24,000 bases of DNA from Rhodococcus sp. NPDC127527 (lineage in GTDB: Bacteria > Actinomycetota > Actinomycetes > Mycobacteriales > Mycobacteriaceae), in assembly GCF_042672245.1 (NCBI RefSeq), contig NZ_JBHXVP010000003.1, forward strand, positions 58,013-82,012, in the 5' to 3' direction. Each line of letters opens with the position of its first letter. Positions within the stretch are counted from its first letter, which is position 1. A program made the translations under genes and the position numbers. The notes beneath the pieces are model-generated. The model saw only the letters and a program-made list of their open reading frames with translations. It was not told the DNA's origin and made no database searches. Of this stretch, positions 8,291-15,429 are shown in pieces.

Positions 8291-9760
8291 GTGCCCGACA
8301 ACACCGAGCCCGCCGCCGCAACGACGTCGGCAGCACCAGCACACCCCGACCAGCACCAGCCGGGGCTGTCCCGGCAGCTGTCCAACCGGCACATCCAGCT
8401 CATCGCCATCGGCGGGGCGATCGGCACCGGACTGTTCATGGGGTCCGGCAAGACCATCTCCCTCGCCGGACCGTCGGTGATCTTCGTCTACATGATCATC
8501 GGCACGATGCTGTTCTTCGTCATGCGGGCGATGGGCGAGCTGCTGCTCTCCAACACCGGCTACAAGTCCTTCGCGGACTTCGCCGCCGACCTGCTCGGCC
8601 CGTGGGCCGGGTTCTTCACCGGATGGACCTACTGGTTCTGCTGGATCGTCACGGGTATCGCCGACGTCATCGCGATCGCCGGCTACGTCTCGTACTGGTG
8701 GGGTTCGTTGCCGCTGTGGATCCCCGCCCTCGCGGCGGTGGCGCTGCTCGTCGGCCTCAACCTGCCCACCGTGAAGGCGTTCGGCGAGACCGAGTTCTGG
8801 TTCGCGCTGATCAAGATCATCGCGATCGTCAGCCTCATCGTGGTCGGCCTGGCCATGGTCTTCTCGCACTTCACCGCGCCCGGTGGCGCCGAGGCCTCGT
8901 TCGCCAACATGTGGAACGACGGCGGGTTCTTCCCGACCGGGGTCATGGGCTTCGTCGCAGGCTTCCAGATCGCGACGTTCGCGTTCGTCGGCATCGAACT
9001 CGTCGGTACCACCGCCGCCGAGGCCAAGGACCCCGAGAAGAACCTGCCCAAGGCGATCAACTCGATCCCGGTCCGCGTGATGCTCTTCTACGTGGTCGCC
9101 CTCGTCGTGATCATCTCGGTCACCCCGTGGCGGGAGATCACCGCCGACCGCAGTCCGTTCGTGGCCATGTTCACCCTCGCCGGCCTCGGCATCGCCGCCT
9201 CGGTGATCAACTTCGTCGTGCTCACCTCGGCCACCTCCTCGGCCAACTCGGGCATCTACTCGACCTCACGGATGGTGTACGGGCTCGCCCAGGAGGGCGA
9301 CGCGCCGGCGTCGTTCAGCAAGCTGACCAAGCGCCGGGTACCCGCGAACGCGCTCTACCTGTCCGGTGTGTTCCTGCTGGCCGGTGTGGTGATGGTCGCG
9401 GTCGGCAGCTCGATCATCGAGGCGTTCACCATCGTGACGACCATCTCGTCGCTCTGCTTCATCTTCGTGTGGTCGATCATCCTGATCAGCTACATCGTGT
9501 ACCGCAAGAAGCGCCCGCAGCTGCACGAGGCATCGAAGTTCAAGATGCCCGGCGGCGTCCCGATGTGCTACGTCGTCCTTGCCTTCTTCGTGTTCCTGAT
9601 CTGGGCCTTCACCCAGAAGGAGGACACCCTGCACGCCCTGCTGGTGACCCCCCTGTGGTTCGCGGGCCTCGGCGTGGCGTGGGCGGTGCTCCGGCGCCGG
9701 CCGATTCAGATGGCTCGGGCGGCGGCATTCAAGGGCGAGCAGGCCACGGCGGGCGAGTAG
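8291..9760 (+). CDS. cycA: D-serine/D-alanine/glycine:H+ symporter (APC superfamily, AAT family)
   Basis: Near-colinear with E. coli CycA as I remember it: NRHIQLIAIGGAIGTGLFMGSGKTISLAGPS.IFVYMIIG.MLFFVMRAMGELLLSN, FAFVGIELVGTTAAE.KDPEK.LP.AINSIP, INFVVLTSA.SSANSG..STSRM. GTG start at 8291 with a GAGGAG RBS at 8281-8286. Confidence 0.88.
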   Translation: MPDNTEPAAATTSAAPAHPDQHQPGLSRQLSNRHIQLIAIGGAIGTGLFMGSGKTISLAGPSVIFVYMIIGTMLFFVMRAMGELLLSNTGYKSFADFAADLLGPWAGFFTGWTYWFCWIVTGIADVIAIAGYVSYWWGSLPLWIPALAAVALLVGLNLPTVKAFGETEFWFALIKIIAIVSLIVVGLAMVFSHFTAPGGAEASFANMWNDGGFFPTGVMGFVAGFQIATFAFVGIELVGTTAAEAKDPEKNLPKAINSIPVRVMLFYVVALVVIISVTPWREITADRSPFVAMFTLAGLGIAASVINFVVLTSATSSANSGIYSTSRMVYGLAQEGDAPASFSKLTKRRVPANALYLSGVFLLAGVVMVAVGSSIIEAFTIVTTISSLCFIFVWSIILISYIVYRKKRPQLHEASKFKMPGGVPMCYVVLAFFVFLIWAFTQKEDTLHALLVTPLWFAGLGVAWAVLRRRPIQMARAAAFKGEQATAGE

Positions 9761-9765
9761 CCGCG

Positions 9766-10377
9766 GTGCTGGAGAGAATCATCGAACTCGCCGGGATCGT
9801 CGCGTTCGCGGCATCGGGTGCGATGGTCGGCGTGTCCAAACGACTCGACATCTTCGGGGTGTGCGCGGTCGGGGTGACCACCGGAATCGGCGGCGGCATC
9901 ATCCGTGACCTGCTGCTCGGTATCCACCCGCCCGCCTCGCTCAGCGAGTGGCCGAACTTCACCACGGCGCTGATCGCCTCGCTGCTCACCTTCTTCCTGC
10001 ACCCGGCGGTGCGGCGGCTCCGGATCGGGGTTCTCACGCTCGACGCGGTCGGCATGGGCCTGTTCGCCGCCTCGGGGTCGGCGCTGGCTCTGGCGGCAGG
10101 GGCGAGCGGCCTCGCCGCCTGCCTGATCGGCGGGACCGCGGCCGTCGGCGGCGGGATCCTGCGCGACATCCTGGTCAACGAGATGCCGCTGCTGCTGCAT
10201 CGCGACCTGTACGCGATACCGGCGCTGATCGGGTCGACGGTGGTGGTGGCCTGCTCGGGCCTGGGGCTGACCTCCAACACGGGCCTGGTCGTGGGGACGG
10301 TCTCGGCCTCGGTGATCCGACTGCTCGCGCTGTGGCGGCACTGGAGCCTGCCGGGGCCGCGGCTGGTCGACGACTGA
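9766..10377 (+). CDS. UPF0126 / TRIC-like membrane protein (Pfam Gly_transporter-type repeat pair)
   Basis: 203-aa, seven-TM-like protein with the two hallmark repeats GIGGGIIRD and AVGGGILRD. GTG at 9766 lies 5 nt after the cycA stop. This is the C-terminal part of the artefactual 8152..10377 frame. Confidence 0.8.
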   Translation: MLERIIELAGIVAFAASGAMVGVSKRLDIFGVCAVGVTTGIGGGIIRDLLLGIHPPASLSEWPNFTTALIASLLTFFLHPAVRRLRIGVLTLDAVGMGLFAASGSALALAAGASGLAACLIGGTAAVGGGILRDILVNEMPLLLHRDLYAIPALIGSTVVVACSGLGLTSNTGLVVGTVSASVIRLLALWRHWSLPGPRLVDD

Positions 10378-10405
10378 TCGGTCTCGGCGCAACTCCACCG
10401 ACACG

Positions 10406-10435
10406 CCTCAGCGACCTCTCAGCCGGATCTCAGTT
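10406..10435 (+). promoter_or_regulatory. MprA-box-like direct repeats upstream of mprA: CCTCAGCG-acc-TCTCAGCC-gga-TCTCAGTT
   Basis: Three 8-bp direct repeats with 3-bp spacers (11-bp phasing), read directly. The two 3-prime repeats (10417-10435) match the published M. tuberculosis MprA-box architecture of two 8-bp direct repeats separated by 3 nt. Confidence 0.6.
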
Positions 10436-10449
10436 CACAGGTAGAAACT

Positions 10450-11142
10450 ATGAGCATGCGCATCCTGGTGGTCGACGACGACCGTGCCGTGCGGGAATCG
10501 CTCCGCCGGTCCCTCACCTTCAACGGTTACACCGTCGACCTCGCGGTCGACGGGCTCGACGCGCTCGAGCAGATCGCCGCGGGCAGGCCCGACGCCCTCG
10601 TGCTCGACGTCATGATGCCCCGACTCGACGGCCTCGAGGTGTGCCGTCGACTGCGCAGCGCGGGCGACGACCTGCCGATCCTGGTGCTCACCGCGCGGGA
10701 CTCGGTCTCCGAGCGGGTCGCGGGCCTGGACGCGGGCGCCGACGACTACCTGCCGAAGCCGTTCGCTCTCGAGGAGTTGCTCGCGCGACTGCGCGCACTG
10801 CTGCGGCGGGCCGCCCCGGAGGTCGGCGCGGACTCGGAGACGATGTGCTTCGAGGATCTGACCCTCGACCCGGTCACCCGCGAGGTCACTCGCAAGGGTC
10901 GCTCGATCAGCCTGACCCGCACCGAGTTCTCGCTGCTGGAGATGTTGCTGGCGAACCCGCGTCGGGTGCTCAGCCGCAGCCGCATCCTCGAGGAGGTGTG
11001 GGGCTACGACTTCCCGACCTCGGGTAACGCGCTCGAGGTGTACGTCGGGTACCTGCGCCGCAAGACCGAGGCAGACGGGGAACCGAGGCTCATTCACACC
11101 GTCCGCGGTGTCGGCTACGTGCTGCGGGAGACGCCCCCGTGA
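10450..11142 (+). CDS. mprA: OmpR-family response regulator MprA
   Basis: Nearly identical over long stretches to M. tuberculosis MprA as remembered ([124 protein letters not shown]). The start could be the ATG at 10450 or the ATG at 10456. Confidence 0.93.
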   Translation: MSMRILVVDDDRAVRESLRRSLTFNGYTVDLAVDGLDALEQIAAGRPDALVLDVMMPRLDGLEVCRRLRSAGDDLPILVLTARDSVSERVAGLDAGADDYLPKPFALEELLARLRALLRRAAPEVGADSETMCFEDLTLDPVTREVTRKGRSISLTRTEFSLLEMLLANPRRVLSRSRILEEVWGYDFPTSGNALEVYVGYLRRKTEADGEPRLIHTVRGVGYVLRETPP

Positions 11143-12668
11143 TGGTTGCCCCCTTCGGACGCGGCGCGGCGCAGCGGTCCACCGCACCCGACGCATCGCC
11201 GGATCGACCGCTCGGGGCCGGCGGCGCCACGCGCCCGGACCCGGCGCCGGTACCCGAGATGCGCCCGCCCATGCCGCTGACCCGATCGGTGTCGCTGCGC
11301 TGGCGCGTCACCCTGCTGGCGGCCTCGGTCGTGGCCATCGCGGTGGCGGTCATGGCGATCGCCGCCTACGCGGTGGTCTCGCGTGCGCTCTACAACGAGG
11401 TCGACTCGCAGTTGCGCACCCGCTCGGCCACCCTGATCAACAGCAACCTCGACGCGCTCGACATCCGGACGATCTCGCTGGCCACCGTCTACTCCAACGA
11501 CATCAGCGTCGCGCTGATCTTCCCGGACATGAAGGTGTACATGCCGCCGGGCTCGAACGCGCCGATCGGTGACGCCGAGATGTCCGTCGCGCGCGGCGAA
11601 CACGACTCGGCCCTGCGGACCATCGCCGGTCAACGCGTCCTGAGCCAGAAGACGAATCTCGGCAGCACCCTGGTGATCGCCCAGCGGCTCGCGCCCACCG
11701 GTGAGGTGCTCGACCGCCTCGCCTGGGTGCTCTTCATCGTCGGCGGGTGCGGCGTCGGACTGGCGGCGGTCGCGGGAATGGCTGTGGGCCGCACCGGTCT
11801 GCGGCCGATCGGCAGGCTGACGGCTGCCACCGAGCGGGTGGCACGCACCGACGACCTCACCCCGATCCCGGTGACCGGCAACGACGAACTCGCCCGGTTG
11901 ACGGTCTCGTTCAACACGATGTTGCGGGCCCTCGCCGAGTCGCGGGATCGGCAGAGCCGGCTGGTGGCCGACGCCGGGCACGAGCTGCGGACGCCGCTCA
12001 CCTCGCTGCGCACCAATATGGAACTGCTCATCGCGGCCGGCCGACCCGGCGCGCCCGCCATTCCCGACGAGGACATGGCGGAGCTGCGCGCCGACGTGAT
12101 CGCCCAGATCGAGGAGCTGTCCACGCTGGTCGGCGACCTGGTGGACCTGGCCCGAGAGGATGCGCCGGAGACGGTGCACGAGCGGATCGACGTCGGCGAC
12201 GTCGTGGAGCGTTCGCTCGAGCGGGCCCGCAGGCGTCGCAACGAGGTCGACTTCGAGGTCGAGACCGTGCCGTGGTTCGTCTACGGCGACGGTGCCGGGC
12301 TCGCACGGGCCGTGCTCAACGTGCTCGACAACGCCGCGAAGTGGAGCCCGCCGGGTGCGCAGGTGCGGGTGCGGATGCGACAGTTGGATGCGGGGCACCT
12401 CGCGCTGACCGTCGACGACGCGGGACCGGGTATCCCGCCCGAGGATCGGCAACTGGTGTTCGAGCGGTTCCACCGGGCCACGGCCGCGCGGTCGATGCCC
12501 GGATCGGGGCTGGGCCTGGCGATCGTCCGGCAGGTGGTCGTCAAGCACGGCGGCACGGTGACCGCGGGGGAGTCCACACGGGGTGGGGCCCTGATCACCA
12601 TCGTGCTGCCCGGCGAGGCTGAGTTCGTCGCGGAGGGCCGTGCGGACAGCAGGATCTCGGCAAACTGA
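11142..12668 (+). CDS. mprB: Sensor histidine kinase MprB
   Basis: HAMP plus HisKA (DAGHELRTPLTSLRTN) plus HATPase (DNAAKWSPPG, GSGLGLAIV), colinear with M. tuberculosis MprB. The ATG at 11142 overlaps the mprA TGA. The ATG at 11259 (MRPPMPLTRSVSLRWRV) is an alternative that would remove a Pro/Ala-rich 39-aa extension, but GC3 in that extension is coding-like. Confidence 0.9.
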   Translation: MVAPFGRGAAQRSTAPDASPDRPLGAGGATRPDPAPVPEMRPPMPLTRSVSLRWRVTLLAASVVAIAVAVMAIAAYAVVSRALYNEVDSQLRTRSATLINSNLDALDIRTISLATVYSNDISVALIFPDMKVYMPPGSNAPIGDAEMSVARGEHDSALRTIAGQRVLSQKTNLGSTLVIAQRLAPTGEVLDRLAWVLFIVGGCGVGLAAVAGMAVGRTGLRPIGRLTAATERVARTDDLTPIPVTGNDELARLTVSFNTMLRALAESRDRQSRLVADAGHELRTPLTSLRTNMELLIAAGRPGAPAIPDEDMAELRADVIAQIEELSTLVGDLVDLAREDAPETVHERIDVGDVVERSLERARRRRNEVDFEVETVPWFVYGDGAGLARAVLNVLDNAAKWSPPGAQVRVRMRQLDAGHLALTVDDAGPGIPPEDRQLVFERFHRATAARSMPGSGLGLAIVRQVVVKHGGTVTAGESTRGGALITIVLPGEAEFVAEGRADSRISAN

Positions 12669-12676
12669 CAGGACGA

Positions 12677-12695
12677 TCTCAGGCCTCTCTCAGAC
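12677..12695 (+). promoter_or_regulatory. MprA-box-like direct repeat upstream of pepD: TCTCAGGC-ctc-TCTCAGAC
   Basis: 8+3+8 direct repeat read directly, 85 nt upstream of the pepD ATG. In M. tuberculosis pepD is a direct MprA target. Confidence 0.6.
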
Positions 12696-12779
12696 CGTCC
12701 GGGCAGTCTCGAAGACAACGAGATCGAATCGAAGGCCGCGCCCTCGAGGCGCGCAGGGGAGAACGGACATCACACAGCC

Positions 12780-14234
12780 ATGAGCGACGACCAGCACAAC
12801 CAGGGTCAGGACTCGCCCTGGGCCCCCCAGCCCGCCACCAACCAGCCGCCGCAGACCCCGCAGGCGCAGTCGGACGACCAGACCGCGGTGAACCCGGCGG
12901 CCCACAACCCGGCCGAGCAGTACCCGACCGTGGCGCATCCGACCGCCCAGCACCAGCAGTACCAGCAGCAGGCGTACCAGCAGTCCGGGTACCAGCAGCC
13001 GTCGTACGGCAGCTACCAGCAGCAGGATGCGTACGGCGCGACCGCCCAGTACCCGACCGCGGGTGGCCCCTCCACCGCCGGCATGGCGACACCGATGGCC
13101 GGCGCCCCGGCCGCGGGCAAGCCGAAGTCCGGCCGCACCGCGATCGCGGCGGGCGCCATCGCGCTCGCGCTGGTCAGCGGCGGCATCGGCGGCGCGGTGG
13201 GCGCGTGGTCCGCCAACAACGGGAGCGGTTCGGGCCCGGTGACCAACGCGCTCAACGCCCCGCGGACGAACGCGACCCAGACCGCGAACGCCCCGGCCGG
13301 CTCGGTGCAGTCGGTTGCCCAGAAGGTGCTGCCGAGCGTCGTGCAGATCCAGGTCACCGGCAGCCGCGCCGAGGGTGAGGGGTCCGGCATCGTGCTGTCC
13401 TCCGACGGTCTGATCCTGACCAACAACCACGTCGCAGCGGGCGCCGGACCGGACGGCAAGCTGGCGGTCGCGTTCTCCGACGGCTCCACTGCCACCGCCA
13501 AACTGGTCGGCACCGACCCGACCTCGGACATCGCGGTGATCAAGGTCGACGGCCGCACCGACCTCACCCCCATCGAGCTGGGCACCTCCGCGGATCTGCA
13601 GGTCGGTCAGCCGGTGGTGGCGATCGGGTCGCCGCTCGGCCTCGCCGGCACCGTCACGAGCGGCATCATCTCCTCGCTCAACCGCCCGGTGTCCACCAGC
13701 GGAGAGTCCGGAAACCAGAACACCGTCATCGACGCGATCCAGACGGACGCGGCGATCAACCCCGGCAACTCGGGCGGCGCGCTGGTGAACATGGACGGAA
13801 AGCTGATCGGCATCAACACCGCGATCGCCACCCTCGGCGGGGAGGCCGCCAGCGGACAGCAGGGCGGCTCGATCGGGCTCGGCTTCGCGATCCCCGTCGA
13901 CCAGGCCCGCCGCGTCGCCGACGAGCTGACCAAGACCGGCAAGGCCAGCCAGGCGATCGTCGGAGTGTCGGTGTCCTCGCGGGACACCTCGCACGGCGCG
14001 GGCGTACAGGACGTCACCCAGGGCGGTCCCGCCGACCAGGCGGGCATCCCGAAGGGCGTGGTGATCACCAAGGTCGACGATCGGATCATCGACAGTGGTG
14101 ACGCGCTGATCGCGGCGATCCGCTCGCACGCCCCCGGCGACAAGGTGAAGGTCACCTACACCGATGCCAACGGCGGAAATTCGAAGACTGTCGAGGTCAC
14201 CCTCGCCGCGGCGCCCACCACGGGCGGCCGGTGA
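12780..14234 (+). CDS. pepD: HtrA/DegP-family (S1C) serine protease with C-terminal PDZ domain, PepD-like
   Basis: Catalytic-region motifs GSGIVLSSDGLILTNNHV, TDPTSDIAVIKV and INPGNSGGALVN. PDZ region GVQDVTQGGPADQAGIPKGVVITKVDD. One TM helix (aa 120-143) follows a Q/Y/P-rich cytoplasmic tail. Confidence 0.88.
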   Translation: MSDDQHNQGQDSPWAPQPATNQPPQTPQAQSDDQTAVNPAAHNPAEQYPTVAHPTAQHQQYQQQAYQQSGYQQPSYGSYQQQDAYGATAQYPTAGGPSTAGMATPMAGAPAAGKPKSGRTAIAAGAIALALVSGGIGGAVGAWSANNGSGSGPVTNALNAPRTNATQTANAPAGSVQSVAQKVLPSVVQIQVTGSRAEGEGSGIVLSSDGLILTNNHVAAGAGPDGKLAVAFSDGSTATAKLVGTDPTSDIAVIKVDGRTDLTPIELGTSADLQVGQPVVAIGSPLGLAGTVTSGIISSLNRPVSTSGESGNQNTVIDAIQTDAAINPGNSGGALVNMDGKLIGINTAIATLGGEAASGQQGGSIGLGFAIPVDQARRVADELTKTGKASQAIVGVSVSSRDTSHGAGVQDVTQGGPADQAGIPKGVVITKVDDRIIDSGDALIAAIRSHAPGDKVKVTYTDANGGNSKTVEVTLAAAPTTGGR

Positions 14235-14242
14235 TGATCACT

Positions 14243-14276
14243 CCGAACGGCCGCGCCTCCGGGCGCGGCCGTTCGG
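14243..14276 (+). terminator. Intrinsic terminator after pepD
   Basis: Perfect 15-bp stem CCGAACGGCCGCGCC / GGCGCGGCCGTTCGG with loop TCCG, starting 9 nt after the pepD stop. Confidence 0.7.
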
Positions 14277-14338
14277 CCGTATCCCGTATTTACGGCCAGG
14301 TCGGTGCCACCGGCCGGTCAGCCACTACCGTAGGAGTC

Positions 14339-14836
14339 ATGGACATCGAAACCCCGCTGGCCGGCCGCGCTCTCGTGGTGATCGTCGACGATCGAACCGC
14401 CCACGGCGAGGGGGTGGATTCGATCGGACCCCTGGTCGCCGAGCTGCTCGGGGAGGCAGGTTTCCTCGTCGATGCCACCGTGGCGGTGTCCGCGGACGAA
14501 GTGGAGATTCGCAACGCGCTCAACACCGCGGTGATCGGCGGCGTCGACCTGGTGATCTCCGTCGGTGGCACCGGTGTCTCACCGCGTGACGTCACCCCCG
14601 ACGCGACCGCCGCCGTGCTGGACCGGGAGATCCCGGGTATCAGCGAGGCGCTGCGGTCGTCGGGACTCGCCGCCGGGGCGCTCGACGCCGGCCTCTCGCG
14701 CGGGCTGGTCGGAGTGTCCGGCAGTACCCTGGTGGTGAACCTGGCCTCGTCCCGCGCCGCCGTGCGCGACGGAATGGCCACCTTGACCCCGCTCGCCGGC
14801 CAGGTGATCGGCGAACTCTCCTGGATAGAGGACTAG
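14339..14836 (+). CDS. moaB2: MogA/MoaB-family molybdenum cofactor biosynthesis protein
   Basis: ATG at 14339 with an AGGAG RBS at 14332-14336. ALVVIVDDR...DLVISVGGTGVSPRDVTPDAT...PGISEALR is typical of the MoaB/MogA fold. Its position after pepD matches Rv0984. Confidence 0.85.
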   Translation: MDIETPLAGRALVVIVDDRTAHGEGVDSIGPLVAELLGEAGFLVDATVAVSADEVEIRNALNTAVIGGVDLVISVGGTGVSPRDVTPDATAAVLDREIPGISEALRSSGLAAGALDAGLSRGLVGVSGSTLVVNLASSRAAVRDGMATLTPLAGQVIGELSWIED

Positions 14837-15027
14837 TCATCACCGACCACGCCGAGCAGGCACGCCCCAGCCGGGACCCGATCGATCGGGCCCGGCTGGC
14901 GCGCATTTTCGGTGACGTCCTCCCCGAGACCACGCGCGACGAGCGCGGCGACGGCGACTCGCCTGGATCCTCCGAGTCCGTCGGCGACGAGTGGTTGCGT
15001 CGGCAGGTTCCCCCGCATCACGGCTGA
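14836..15027 (+). CDS. Candidate small protein (about 63 aa) with no canonical start codon: (V)ITDHAEQARPSRDPIDRARLARIFGDVLPETTRDERGDGDSPGSSESVGDEWLRRQVPPHHG
   Basis: Hand translation of frame 1 from the nucleotide overlapping the moaB2 TAG to the TGA at 15025-15027. By my count about 53 of 63 codons end in G or C, which is typical of real genes here. There is no ATG/GTG/TTG in frame between 14590 and 14994. Possible starts are ATC at 14839 or CTG at 14821, after a GAGGA at 14828-14832. Confidence 0.4.
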   Translation, partial: VITDHAEQARPSRDPIDRARLARIFGDVLPETTRDERGDGDSPGSSESVGDEWLRRQVPPHHG

Positions 15028-15314
15028 GCCGACGCGGGTGCGTGCGACACGTCCGTGAACATCTTCCCGACGTTGTCGCCTCCAGCCGTCCCCCGATCGC
15101 GGCTCGTGCCCGTGAATTGTTTCCTTAACACTGTGTGACGACTCACCCCGCACTATCGAAAACTATTCATTGCCAGGGGACTCCGCCCTGGTTAGCCTCC
15201 TCGCGAGTCAGCTCAGGAATGGCCCGACGGGCCGTCGATGGGTAGGTCCGCCCGGTGGAGGCGCGGTTTGTCGATGGCGACTCATCGGTAAAGCGTGCAC
15301 CAACAAGTAGTCAC

Positions 15315-15326
15315 CGTGAATTCACG
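15315..15326. promoter_or_regulatory. Perfect 12-bp palindrome CGTGAATTCACG in the porin A1 leader; candidate operator
   Basis: Read directly. The 9-mer CCGTGAATT also occurs at 15110-15118. It lies 104 nt upstream of the A1 ATG inside a lower-GC 400-bp non-coding region. Confidence 0.3.
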
Positions 15327-15429
15327 CTGCGGTAATCACAGTTGGCAATACTTCGCCGGGTCTTATGGGACCACTCGTCAATCTCGGCGGTCGAGGTTGA
15401 GTAGTAGCAGAACGTGATGAGGGGAACGA

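Noticed and set aside
8152-9765. N-terminal 538 codons of the 741-aa frame 8152..10377
   Set aside because: This is an off-frame reading through cycA. Only the part from the GTG at 9766 is the UPF0126 protein.
14821-14840. Programmed frameshift or read-through joining moaB2 to the small downstream ORF
   Set aside because: There is no X-XXY-YYZ slippery heptamer and no obvious stimulatory structure at the junction. The MoaB2 C-terminus also looks complete compared with family members. I kept this only as a remote alternative in the small-ORF finding.
14833-15153. 106-aa minus-strand ORF overlapping the moaB2-porin interval
   Set aside because: It has an Arg/Gly-rich composition and lies antisense to the plus-strand frame that shows the strong GC3 signal. 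It is most likely an artefact of that frame.
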